Shown here piece by piece: positions 33,979 to 43,338 of a DNA stretch of 64,000 nt (the first letter of the stretch is position 1; the number at the start of each line of letters is the position of its first letter). Both the position numbers and the translations under genes were made by a program. The stretch spans positions 30,710 through 94,709 of the IMG/VR virus record IMGVR_UViG_3300021399_000109; one strand, given 5' to 3'. Under the pieces are notes generated by a model. It did not search any database and had not been told where the DNA came from. It saw nothing but the letters and a program-made list of their open reading frames with translations. The DNA comes from a virus. Its lineage: Duplodnaviria > Heunggongvirae > Uroviricota > Caudoviricetes.

Positions 33979-36615
33979 TTAATAATTAATATTTTTTTGA
34001 AAACATTTCAAAAATTGTTTTGAATTAACACTATATAAAGTTTGTAATAAAATTATTTTATTTTTATTTAATTTACTTTTTATTTTATTATTATTATTTC
34101 GCATATTAGGAGTAATCATAAATGCCCTATTAATTAACCAAGACATTAATCCTAAATAATTACTAGAAATATTTATTCTTCGAATATCTTCAATCATTTC
34201 ATCAAAATCATTTCTCATTAATAAAAATTCATCTGAATCTTCTTCATATTTATTAACTTGTTTAAACATTAAATTCCAAGAATATTTTTCAATTAATTCT
34301 TCTACAGCTTTACATTTTCTTCTATCAATTTCTAATGGGTAACTAATAAAAAAATTATCCATAGAATAAGTAGGAGTATTTGGAGTAGAAACATTAATAT
34401 TATTTTCATATAAATAATTCATTGGACAAGTTAATTCTGGATTATAAAAAGCTTTTTTCTTTTTAACATTTGTTTTACTACGCTTTATATAACGATTATC
34501 ATTAAATTCTTTTATTGTTTTCCAAAAAATAGGATACCCATTTTCTGATATATTCATATCAGCTTTTATGCGATTTATTTCATTATTTAAGTCAATATCA
34601 AATGTCCTCTTCGCATTATCTATGGCGCATTGCGCAAGCGTACTTAAAATACAAACATAGTCTTTATACTTCTGGTCATCAAAATTATAAGTATATGATA
34701 AACATATTTGTGCTAAATTAGATGAACCACCTATAGCTATTTGACTTGATGCTAAATTATTATCTACTCTGGCAAAATCATATGAAGTATTACTATAAAT
34801 ATTTTTTTCTTTAGGAATATTATTAACTATAGTAGAATAATTTTTATAATATTGTTTAGCACAATTAACTATATCTGATTGATTAGTCGTATAAACCATA
34901 TCTGAGTCTTGGTCTGAGCCATTTGCTCTATCCTGAAAATCTGTATGTAATAAATTAACAGCAATAATAACTTTACCAAGATTAAAATACTTACTTAATC
35001 TATCATCATAATGATTATGTAAATAAAGCATATTCTCTTTACTATTATAAGGATTCCTAAATGATGCTAAATATTCGTTATCTTTAAAACGTTCAGTATA
35101 ACATTGAATACACCCTTCTTCCTGTAAAAAAGTATCATCTTTTTCTACATCTTCTCCTACAGTATAAAGAAGCATAGCATAAGGAGAACCAACTATAGTA
35201 AGATTATCAGCATTATTTATTACTTTACCAACTTTCACATTTTTTATATAATTAGTTAAAATTATTTTCCGTCTTTCTTTAAAATAAGAACTATATACAA
35301 AATCTGGGTCTTGTTCAACTAAAGCTATCAATACATCATAATCATTTGAAAAATTATTATTCTTTTTAAGATAATCAAGAAAGGCTTTGTTATCTGTTTT
35401 TAACATCTTTATATAATTAGCAGAACAAGCAACAATACCTTCCATTTTATTAATATCAAGAGCATTAATCATTTGGTATGACATTTGTTGTACATTACCC
35501 AATTTACTTGAATGAGAAGTTTTGACAATTCCAAACATTGAGTCATTATCTTCAACAACTCTTTGACACCAATATTCATATGAAATATTAAATTTTAACC
35601 ATTTCATAGCGTTGTCTGTAGTTACTAGTTTAATATCTTTGACTTTATGTTTAATACCAAACATATCTTCAATTTCTGCTATATCATATTTATCACCATA
35701 ATAGTCTTTAAACCATAATTGAAGATTAGTATCAAAACAAGCCATTTTACACATATGCTGTCTTAATAACACATAGCCATCTGCCCATTCTGGAAAAATA
35801 GAATGGTCAATTAAACCCTGTCCATCAAATAATGTATTCTTTAATTGATAATCTTTTTTTCGTACTGCTATACATTCTTTATTTTCATTCGTTTCAATAC
35901 TTACAACATCTCTATTAAAATAAGAATCAACATCTTTTAATATCAAAATATCATGTGGGTCGATTTTAATTTTACCAACAATCGTACTTGTGACCAATGA
36001 AGAATAAGCACCAATTTCCACAATAGGGGCATTTTTTTCTGGAAGTTGTATTCCCATATATAAATAATTTCTTGCAACTTCATATAATTCTTCCCTAATA
36101 AACATACAAGAACCTTTTTTAGCTTTTCCTGCTGTTCTATAAAGCATTTTGTAATGAATTTTTTCAGACTCAATAATTTTTCCACTTTTATTATATGTCT
36201 TCCAAAAAATATCTACTCCATCTTTATAAAAAATATGACGTAACACATCCTTACTATTTTTTACATAATTATCTTTATTCTCTTCAGCTTTCTTTTTTAT
36301 TTCTTCTAAACGATTTAATTTTTCTATTTTTTGTTCTTCAGTTAGTTTGTCATTTATTTTAGTTTCTTCAATTAATTTCTTTAAATGTTTACTTTCGTCT
36401 TCATAACTTCGTGAACCATATTTAAATTCAATACATATTATATCTCTGGTTGATTCACCTTTCCAAGTTTTTAATCCATGTTTATCCATAAAGTCTTTAA
36501 AAAGACTATTAGTAAGCATAGCAGGTTTCATATCATAATTTTCACGTACACCATGATTAACTTCATATATAGAACCTGCTACAAAATTCCAAATTTTAAC
36601 TCCATAGATAGACAT
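33979..36615 (-). CDS. yonO: YonO-like single-subunit (two-barrel) RNA polymerase
   Basis: 878 aa; RTAGKAKKG, DGQGLI, RQHMCK, FRNP and the metal-binding loop NGSDQDSD; located just before HU and the morphogenesis genes as SPbeta yonO is. Confidence 0.8.
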   Translation of the reverse strand: MSIYGVKIWNFVAGSIYEVNHGVRENYDMKPAMLTNSLFKDFMDKHGLKTWKGESTRDIICIEFKYGSRSYEDESKHLKKLIEETKINDKLTEEQKIEKLNRLEEIKKKAEENKDNYVKNSKDVLRHIFYKDGVDIFWKTYNKSGKIIESEKIHYKMLYRTAGKAKKGSCMFIREELYEVARNYLYMGIQLPEKNAPIVEIGAYSSLVTSTIVGKIKIDPHDILILKDVDSYFNRDVVSIETNENKECIAVRKKDYQLKNTLFDGQGLIDHSIFPEWADGYVLLRQHMCKMACFDTNLQLWFKDYYGDKYDIAEIEDMFGIKHKVKDIKLVTTDNAMKWLKFNISYEYWCQRVVEDNDSMFGIVKTSHSSKLGNVQQMSYQMINALDINKMEGIVACSANYIKMLKTDNKAFLDYLKKNNNFSNDYDVLIALVEQDPDFVYSSYFKERRKIILTNYIKNVKVGKVINNADNLTIVGSPYAMLLYTVGEDVEKDDTFLQEEGCIQCYTERFKDNEYLASFRNPYNSKENMLYLHNHYDDRLSKYFNLGKVIIAVNLLHTDFQDRANGSDQDSDMVYTTNQSDIVNCAKQYYKNYSTIVNNIPKEKNIYSNTSYDFARVDNNLASSQIAIGGSSNLAQICLSYTYNFDDQKYKDYVCILSTLAQCAIDNAKRTFDIDLNNEINRIKADMNISENGYPIFWKTIKEFNDNRYIKRSKTNVKKKKAFYNPELTCPMNYLYENNINVSTPNTPTYSMDNFFISYPLEIDRRKCKAVEELIEKYSWNLMFKQVNKYEEDSDEFLLMRNDFDEMIEDIRRINISSNYLGLMSWLINRAFMITPNMRNNNNKIKSKLNKNKIILLQTLYSVNSKQFLKCFQKNINY

Positions 36616-36628
36616 AAAGTAATACTCC

Positions 36629-37819
36629 TTATCTATTAAAATTTTCTAATACTTTTATATGTTGTATTAGCCTTTCACAAAAATAATCTATTTCTTCTTC
36701 AGTATTATTTTCATCAATACTAATTCTAATTGTATTTCTTGCTTCATTATCTGATAAACCCATTAGTGTTAATACTCTGCTTGGCTTATTTTCTCCAGAA
36801 GAACATGCCGAACCTGCTGATAATTTGATTCCGTCCAAGTCAAGTAATGTTATTAAATCTTTGGCACTAATACCACTAATTGTAAAAGAATTAATATAAG
36901 GACTACAATTTTCCACATCACCATTTTTATAAATGGCATGATGATGTACATCATAAGTTGCATATAAATGTTCTCTTAAATAATTAGAAAGGTATTCAAC
37001 TCTTTCCCATCTTTCCTCTTCCGTCTTAGCCAATCTTTCAATATGATTACCCATAGCGATAATATAATGAATATTCTCAGTTCCTGCTCTCATATCATTT
37101 TCCTGATGTCCACCAAGCATCATAGGTGTTAAAGGAGTATCATTTCTAACATATAAAAAACCCATTCCCTTAACTCCACCGAACTTATGAAAAGAAGCTG
37201 ACATAGTATTTATACCTAAGTCTTGAACATCAATAGGCATATGCGTTAATGCTTGTGTCGCATCTACGTGAAAATAAGCATTAGGGATAATATCTTTTAC
37301 TATTTGAACCATCTGTTTAATGGGATAAATAGTTCCTACTTCATTATTTACTAAAGAACAAGAAGTTAGCAAATTTCCAAAATATTTATAATTTTTAATT
37401 TTAGTTAAAATATCAGGCAATCTTCCTAAAGAAATTTGGCTTCTATTTCCCCATTCCATAACAAAATTTTGAACCCAAACATCATGTTCTTTTACAAGTA
37501 GCTTGCGTTGTTGTTCTATAGATGGATGGTCTAAATAATTCATGAGTACATGTGTTATAGATTCTTTATTATGAATGAAATGATTAATAGCCCAATTATT
37601 TGCTTCAGTTGCTCCTGACGTAAAATAAATTTCTTCAGGAGAACAATTAATATAACTGGCTATTTGCCCTCTAGCCTTTTCTACTTTATCTCTTACATTT
37701 TTTGCAGATTGATAATTAGCAGACGGATTATACCAATCATTTGCCATAGAAAATACAATATCTGTCATTACTTTCAAATCTGGCTTTGTAGTTGCCGCAT
37801 TATCAAAATAAATATTCAT
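36629..37819 (-). CDS. iscS: Cysteine desulfurase (IscS/NifS family)
   Basis: YFDNAATT, SGATEAN, HVDATQ, SASFHK (PLP Lys), RAGTEN and SAGSACSS (catalytic Cys). Confidence 0.95.
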   Translation of the reverse strand: MNIYFDNAATTKPDLKVMTDIVFSMANDWYNPSANYQSAKNVRDKVEKARGQIASYINCSPEEIYFTSGATEANNWAINHFIHNKESITHVLMNYLDHPSIEQQRKLLVKEHDVWVQNFVMEWGNRSQISLGRLPDILTKIKNYKYFGNLLTSCSLVNNEVGTIYPIKQMVQIVKDIIPNAYFHVDATQALTHMPIDVQDLGINTMSASFHKFGGVKGMGFLYVRNDTPLTPMMLGGHQENDMRAGTENIHYIIAMGNHIERLAKTEEERWERVEYLSNYLREHLYATYDVHHHAIYKNGDVENCSPYINSFTISGISAKDLITLLDLDGIKLSAGSACSSGENKPSRVLTLMGLSDNEARNTIRISIDENNTEEEIDYFCERLIQHIKVLENFNR

Positions 37820-37823
37820 AATT

Positions 37824-38111
37824 TTACTCCATTACATCATAAACAATAATTGGGGGATAATCTCCTGCATATGGAATAACATTAATGGCATTATAATCTA
37901 TCCATTCTACAGCATCCATAGAATCCCAACCCTCATTTACTTCCATTAAATATTCTACCATTTTATTATAAGAATATACCATATGATTGTCTGTACTAAT
38001 TCCTAAGATTGCAGGAGCATAATTTGGATTAATAAAATATCCTACTGCTAAATCCCCACATTGTTCTTTTATATATTCTTCAATTTCTTCATTTGTAGTA
38101 TTTATGTCCAT
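37824..38111 (-). CDS. Hypothetical protein
   Basis: 95 aa ORF with RBS. Confidence 0.6.
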   Translation of the reverse strand: MDINTTNEEIEEYIKEQCGDLAVGYFINPNYAPAILGISTDNHMVYSYNKMVEYLMEVNEGWDSMDAVEWIDYNAINVIPYAGDYPPIIVYDVME

Positions 38112-38344
38112 ATATTATCCTCCTCATATTCAACAAAATATCTTTTCATAGAAAGGACAGAAGATAAAGGATATTGTAAATGAACCTTTTCATCTGTTGT
38201 ATAATCATAATTAGCTATACCAGTAATAATTTTAGTTTTTTTATCTTGAATAAAATTCATTTCATAGATATGACCTTGTATAAAACCACAAGCATTACTT
38301 TTAGTATAAATTAATTTATATTTCTTAGAAAAATCAATATTCAT
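38102..38344 (-). CDS. Hypothetical protein
   Basis: 80 aa, overlapping neighbours in operon fashion. Confidence 0.55.
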   Translation of the reverse strand: MNIDFSKKYKLIYTKSNACGFIQGHIYEMNFIQDKKTKIITGIANYDYTTDEKVHLQYPLSSVLSMKRYFVEYEEDNIWT

Positions 38345-38919
38345 TTATTTATCCTTTCTTCATATCTTTTTCTAATTTTTTGTGCTTTATCAGAGATAAC
38401 CCTTGTATGAATAATAGGGTTATCTCTGACAACACCCCAAACTTTCCAACTTCTTTCAGTTGCTAATGTTCTATCTTCTATTTCTGATTCCTTATAAAGT
38501 TTATCCCATAATTGTTTATCTTCATAACAATCTCTACACCAAGGTAAAACCCATCCAATAGGGACAATTAAGGCATCTGGCTTTCCACATCCTATACAAA
38601 TGTTTTCAGATAAAATAAAATAATCATTTATAATTTCATCAACCTCTTCTGGACATTTGCAATTATGATAAAAACGTAATCCTCCAAATTTTTCTTTAAC
38701 TTCTATAGCAAAAAAATCAAATAATTGATTACTTTCTTTCAATAATGGTTTAATATCTTCAGCCATACAAAGAATTAAATCTTCCCAACCTTTAGGTACA
38801 TCATCCAAAATAGTTGTTTTATAATCCCACTTATAAGATTGTGTATCTCTGTCCCACCACATACTTCTTAAAAAAGGATATTCATTAATTATTTTTTTAT
38901 TTTCTTCAATCGTTTTCAC
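38341..38919 (-). CDS. Hypothetical protein with KEKFGGLRFY and CxxC motifs
   Basis: VKEKFGGLRFY...CIGCGKP...WCRDC. Confidence 0.65.
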   Translation of the reverse strand: MKTIEENKKIINEYPFLRSMWWDRDTQSYKWDYKTTILDDVPKGWEDLILCMAEDIKPLLKESNQLFDFFAIEVKEKFGGLRFYHNCKCPEEVDEIINDYFILSENICIGCGKPDALIVPIGWVLPWCRDCYEDKQLWDKLYKESEIEDRTLATERSWKVWGVVRDNPIIHTRVISDKAQKIRKRYEERINK

Positions 38920-39826
38920 CTTTTATCTCCTTTTGTATTACATTAAACATTTCATCAATTGTTAAATTTCCAATTGGATATTTAATACTAGAGATACTAT
39001 CCCTTGCAAAAGTTTCAGATACTAAATCTACATATAAAGTAAAACTGCCATCATCCCCCATATAAAACTGTTCCCACTGTTCAGGAGTAAGAAGTCTTTT
39101 TACTTTAAGCTGTTCAAGTGCAAGATTATCAAAACTAAGTACCTTAAATTTATTTTTTAAATCTTCAAGACTATTATAAAGCCAGTTCATTTTATAATTA
39201 AAATCTTCCCAACAAGAATGAAGATGGTCAGAACCTCTACCAACTTTTTTATATCCTAAAATAAGAACTTTATGTCTATTATCCGCAAGTTTCGTATATG
39301 CTTCAGGAGAAGTAATTCCCACAATAGTATGAATTACAGCATTAGGAAAATGTGTAGGAATATTCAAATCAATTAATTCTTTAATCCCTTCTTCAGAGTT
39401 ATCTAAAGAAATTCCAATACCATGAATTAATTCATTTTTAGTAAGATACAAAAGATAATCCCAAAACTTAGTAATCTGTTTTTGATTCACTGTTACATTT
39501 GTGATTACTTGTTCTTCTTTAAGCATAATAAGAAATTCATCAAAATTATAAGGAATATCTGAGTTAAGGTTTAATGCGATTTCTGTATATGGATGTAAAT
39601 TACCCCAAATATTTGTAAATTTCATTAAATTAGCATCCCGTCCCTTTTCAGAACAACCTGCATAACAAAAATCACATCCATTTGTGCAATAAGTAGAAAT
39701 ATTACAGTCAAAGTTTTCAGGATACTCAGGTTTAAATTCGTCATCCATTGTTGTTCTAATTTTAGTTCCATCTGTATAGATTCTTGTGTTTACGTTTCCA
39801 TTTTTATACATTCCAATAAGTCTCAT
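38906..39826 (-). CDS. Radical SAM enzyme
   Basis: CTNGCDFC (CxxxCxxC) near N-terminus followed by core-barrel-like sequence; no C-terminal SPASM Cys cluster seen. Confidence 0.9.
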   Translation of the reverse strand: MRLIGMYKNGNVNTRIYTDGTKIRTTMDDEFKPEYPENFDCNISTYCTNGCDFCYAGCSEKGRDANLMKFTNIWGNLHPYTEIALNLNSDIPYNFDEFLIMLKEEQVITNVTVNQKQITKFWDYLLYLTKNELIHGIGISLDNSEEGIKELIDLNIPTHFPNAVIHTIVGITSPEAYTKLADNRHKVLILGYKKVGRGSDHLHSCWEDFNYKMNWLYNSLEDLKNKFKVLSFDNLALEQLKVKRLLTPEQWEQFYMGDDGSFTLYVDLVSETFARDSISSIKYPIGNLTIDEMFNVIQKEIKGEND

Positions 39827-39845
39827 TTAATTTATTTACCTTTCT

Positions 39846-40151
39846 TTAATCATAATAAATTTCATAACAAAAAGCTATCATTTCATCTCCAGATGGAGTA
39901 ATAAATCTTGTATGGGCATCTGGTTCATACTTATAGCCTAAATATTTAGGTTCTTCATCTCCTATATCTTCATATTCTAATAGCCCATATTTTTCAAAGT
40001 CTTTAGGATAAGGAATTAATTCATCTTTTTTTAAATCTATTACTAATTCTCCGTTGATAAATTTTTCATATTCTTCTGTAGTACAAACACATAAACTATG
40101 ACTAGAAGAAGAATTAGTTTCAAATACATTGCTTCTAATATTAATTTTCAT
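39846..40151 (-). CDS. NSSS-motif protein D (short type)
   Basis: MKINIRSNVFETNSSSSHSLCVC...FITPSGDEMIAF. Confidence 0.8.
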   Translation of the reverse strand: MKINIRSNVFETNSSSSHSLCVCTTEEYEKFINGELVIDLKKDELIPYPKDFEKYGLLEYEDIGDEEPKYLGYKYEPDAHTRFITPSGDEMIAFCYEIYYD

Positions 40152-40156
40152 AATTA

Positions 40157-40447
40157 TTAACCATCCCTTCCATAACGACCAAAAGCTACCATTCTATCTC
40201 CAGAGGGAGTAGTAAAGTGTTCCTCATAAGTTTCAAGATAACCCCAACTTTCTTCAAAAAAATCCTCGTAAGTCTGATTATCTTCATTCCATCCATTAAC
40301 AGAATTTTTAGTAAATTCATCATTCCAATAATCATAATAAATTTCGCCTTTTTTCCAAGCATCAAATTCCTCTTCAGTACAAATACAAAGTGAATGTACA
40401 GAAGAACTATTGGTTTCAAACACATTAAATCTAATATTTTTTTTCAT
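40157..40447 (-). CDS. NSSS-motif protein C (short type)
   Basis: MKKNIRFNVFETNSSSVHSLCIC...FTTPSGDRMVAF. Confidence 0.8.
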   Translation of the reverse strand: MKKNIRFNVFETNSSSVHSLCICTEEEFDAWKKGEIYYDYWNDEFTKNSVNGWNEDNQTYEDFFEESWGYLETYEEHFTTPSGDRMVAFGRYGRDG

Positions 40448-40469
40448 ATTTATTTTCTCCTTAATTTAA

Positions 40470-40970
40470 TTAATCTGAATTTGTTTCAAGTGCTATATTT
40501 TTATTAAAAATAAATTCAACTACTTTTTTAGGATTATACAAATCAACAAGACAATCATCCAAATATTCAGGATAAGTCTGATGGTCAAATCCTATCCCTC
40601 TTTTACCTCTTTTAGGATATACAGGAACAATATCTGTACATAAAATACTTGGAGAAAATTTATTAATATAAAAAATAATTGCGTCTTTTATATCTTGCCA
40701 GTAATAATTACAATCTTTATTTACAAATCCTTTTATGTTTTCTCCAAAATAACACCATAAAGAAGTTAATATATAAGAGATTTTCTCTTTTTGACTAGAA
40801 TAAATTTTGTGTTCTCTTCCAAAATATCCAAGGGGAATTTTAATTACCCCATCTTTATTTATTTGAAGTTCTTCAAAATTAGGTTCTGACAATTCTTGAT
40901 TCAAAAGTACAAGACTGTGTATTGAAGAAGAATTAGTTTCAAATATACTATTCCTAATATTAGTTTTCAT
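40470..40970 (-). CDS. NSSS-motif protein B (long type)
   Basis: MKTNIRNSIFETNSSSIHSL...GFDHQT. Confidence 0.8.
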   Translation of the reverse strand: MKTNIRNSIFETNSSSIHSLVLLNQELSEPNFEELQINKDGVIKIPLGYFGREHKIYSSQKEKISYILTSLWCYFGENIKGFVNKDCNYYWQDIKDAIIFYINKFSPSILCTDIVPVYPKRGKRGIGFDHQTYPEYLDDCLVDLYNPKKVVEFIFNKNIALETNSD

Positions 40971-40996
40971 TTTTTTTTCTCCTATTATATATGTTA

Positions 40997-41164
40997 CTAC
41001 GTTATAGATTCAATAGTATCCATATTATAAATTCCAACCCAACGTCCATCTTTAAGTATGATAAAAGACTTCCTATCATAATAATAATCTGTAAATTCAT
41101 TACCTGACCATTTATCTTCTCTTCCATCTTTAAAAACAATATGAATCGTATTATTATCTCTCAT
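40997..41164 (-). CDS. Small hypothetical protein (55 aa, MRDNNTIHIVFKDGRE...)
   Basis: Hand-translated; GAGGAG RBS. Confidence 0.65.
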   Translation of the reverse strand: MRDNNTIHIVFKDGREDKWSGNEFTDYYYDRKSFIILKDGRWVGIYNMDTIESIT

Positions 41165-41177
41165 TTTTATACTCCTC

Positions 41178-41957
41178 TTAGTCCTCAGTTTTTATAGAAA
41201 TATTTTCTCTTTGATTATAATAGTCTGTTAATTCTTCTTCGCTTTCATTTCCAGTTAAAAAACGAGGGAATATTTCTGTAATATCATCCACGTTAATAAT
41301 TCGATGCTTATATTGCTTTTTAAATTCACAATACTCATCTCCATCAATAACCACCCAATATTTTCTATTAGTAAGAAATACTTCAAGAGGAATATTATAT
41401 TTAGTGAGAAAATTAAGAAGAAGCCCCATACTTTGATGGTCTACTCCACCAGTTTTATAGTAATCAAATTCTCTACAGGTAAAATGCTGTCTCTCTTCAC
41501 TATCCCAAGCAATACCCGTACATCCCCAATTCTCTAAATCTTCTTCATCGTCCCAAATTTTATCGCTAATATAACCAAATATTTTTCCGTCAAAATCTCT
41601 TACATATTCAGTTCGTGTGCCTGTATCAAATTTAAATCTTTTACATTCAGGAATATATTTACAAGCAATTCTTTCCAGTTCGTTAAAATATTTATCTACT
41701 GTCTCTTGTTTTACATAAACTCCACAAAGAGATGCAATGGCATAACGCATTTTATCATTAAAAGTACATAAAATACTATAAGGACTTCTACCAAACTCAA
41801 GGTCATTATCCCAAAAATACCATTCACCATTTTTATTTATATATATATCTTCATGAAATTCTTCAGGAGTATACATTCCTGTTGTCTTACTTGTTACAAT
41901 AGAGTGCATAGAAGAACTATTACTTTCAAAACAGTTCATTCGAATTTGTGTTTTCAT
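41178..41957 (-). CDS. NSSS-motif protein A (long type)
   Basis: MKTQIRMNCFESNSSSMHSI...GVDHQS. Confidence 0.8.
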   Translation of the reverse strand: MKTQIRMNCFESNSSSMHSIVTSKTTGMYTPEEFHEDIYINKNGEWYFWDNDLEFGRSPYSILCTFNDKMRYAIASLCGVYVKQETVDKYFNELERIACKYIPECKRFKFDTGTRTEYVRDFDGKIFGYISDKIWDDEEDLENWGCTGIAWDSEERQHFTCREFDYYKTGGVDHQSMGLLLNFLTKYNIPLEVFLTNRKYWVVIDGDEYCEFKKQYKHRIINVDDITEIFPRFLTGNESEEELTDYYNQRENISIKTED

Positions 41958-42121
41958 TTTTTTATCTCCTTTTTATTTGTTTTAATAATTAATAATCGTT
42001 TCTATATTTATCTGATAATTTTAAAGCGAATGGTAAAATAATTAATAATATTCCAATAATTCCTAATGCAACATCCATAATAACCTCCTTTGTTATATTT
42101 AACTGTTTTTTAACTATATAT

Positions 42122-42150
42122 AGAATAACACATTTCCCCCTATTTGTCAA
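42122..42150 (-). promoter_or_regulatory. Sigma-A-type promoter heading the NSSS/radical SAM/IscS/RNAP operon
   Basis: TTGACA-17-TATTCT. Confidence 0.7.
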
Positions 42151-42491
42151 GTCTTTTTTTCATTAATATTCCAATCTATAGCCTGACCACAGTCACAATA
42201 TTTTAATTTATGAAAAAATATAGAAGAATATTTATTTTGTGTTCCGAAATATTTATTGCAAGCAGGACAATAATATTCATAATTTACATCTGTGACAATC
42301 TTAATAGGTTTAGTTGGAGTCAATCTTTTTTTTATGTCTCTAATTGTATATATACTATTATTAATTATAATTTTACTATCATCATTTATAATATCACTCA
42401 TATATCTTTTATACCCATCTGTAAAACCATCTGTATATCCTAATTTATATTGAGTAAAATCTTTTGTATCTTTAATATTCACATTATCCAT
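42147..42491 (-). CDS. Zn-ribbon hypothetical protein
   Basis: YYCPAC...YCDCGQAIDW. Confidence 0.6.
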   Translation of the reverse strand: MDNVNIKDTKDFTQYKLGYTDGFTDGYKRYMSDIINDDSKIIINNSIYTIRDIKKRLTPTKPIKIVTDVNYEYYCPACNKYFGTQNKYSSIFFHKLKYCDCGQAIDWNINEKKT

Positions 42492-42616
42492 TTTCTATCC
42501 TTTCATTATTAAATTGTAAATATAACAACTACAATCATAACTATTACAAAAATTATTGGGGGTAAAATTTCCAAAAAGAATATTAATATATCTTCCATTA
42601 TATTTTTATCTCCTTA

Positions 42617-43003
42617 TTATTCTAATCCCTGTCTCCAATCATATAAATGTCCTTCTTTATCAAAATAGAAAGTCCAATCTCCAATCCATACTTCACCTGT
42701 TGCCATTTGACCATACCTCGCATCTACCATCTCTTGTGAATAAAAATAATAAGTTTCGCCATCAATTGTATGCCAACCAACTAGCATGTCTGCTTCAGAC
42801 CAACCACCATTATTAATGTAACAAAAACGTGCATCACCTTCTTGAACCCAAGCATAAACCTGTTCAGTATCTCCATCAGTATAATCTTCATATTCTTCGT
42901 AATCATAATCTGGAGCATCATAATCTGAAGCATATACATTTATAGATGGAATAAACATAATTAATATAAAAACGCTTAATAAAGATATTATTACTTTTTT
43001 CAT
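42617..43003 (-). CDS. Secreted protein with cell-wall (choline)-binding repeats
   Basis: Signal peptide MKKVIISLLSVFILIMF...VYA; GWHTIDGETYYF and GEVWIGDWTFYFDKEG repeats. Confidence 0.75.
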   Translation of the reverse strand: MKKVIISLLSVFILIMFIPSINVYASDYDAPDYDYEEYEDYTDGDTEQVYAWVQEGDARFCYINNGGWSEADMLVGWHTIDGETYYFYSQEMVDARYGQMATGEVWIGDWTFYFDKEGHLYDWRQGLE

Positions 43004-43017
43004 TATACTCTCCTTTA

Positions 43018-43338
43018 TTATTCTCTTTCCATTAAATACATAGTTGCATTTTTCTTTTTAAAGCCACACTTTTCATATACATGAATTGCATGTTCATTAT
43101 CAGCTTCAACCCATAAACAATTAATTCCGTAATCTTTTATCAAAGATTCAACTACTTCAGTGCCATATCCAATGTTTTGATATGGTTCATATATATACAA
43201 TCTTGATAGCATTTTTCCATTGATTTCAATTTCTGCTTCGCCTACTTTTTTATTGTAATTATTAAATATTTCTAATTCTAAATATCTCTCATTCTTCTTG
43301 AATGTTACACTCATAATTTTTACTGCTCCTTTTTTCAC
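43018..43338 (-). CDS. GNAT acetyltransferase
   Basis: LYIYEPYQNIGYGT (motif A) and NEHAIHVYEKCGF (motif B). Confidence 0.85.
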   Translation of the reverse strand: MKKGAVKIMSVTFKKNERYLELEIFNNYNKKVGEAEIEINGKMLSRLYIYEPYQNIGYGTEVVESLIKDYGINCLWVEADNEHAIHVYEKCGFKKKNATMYLMERE

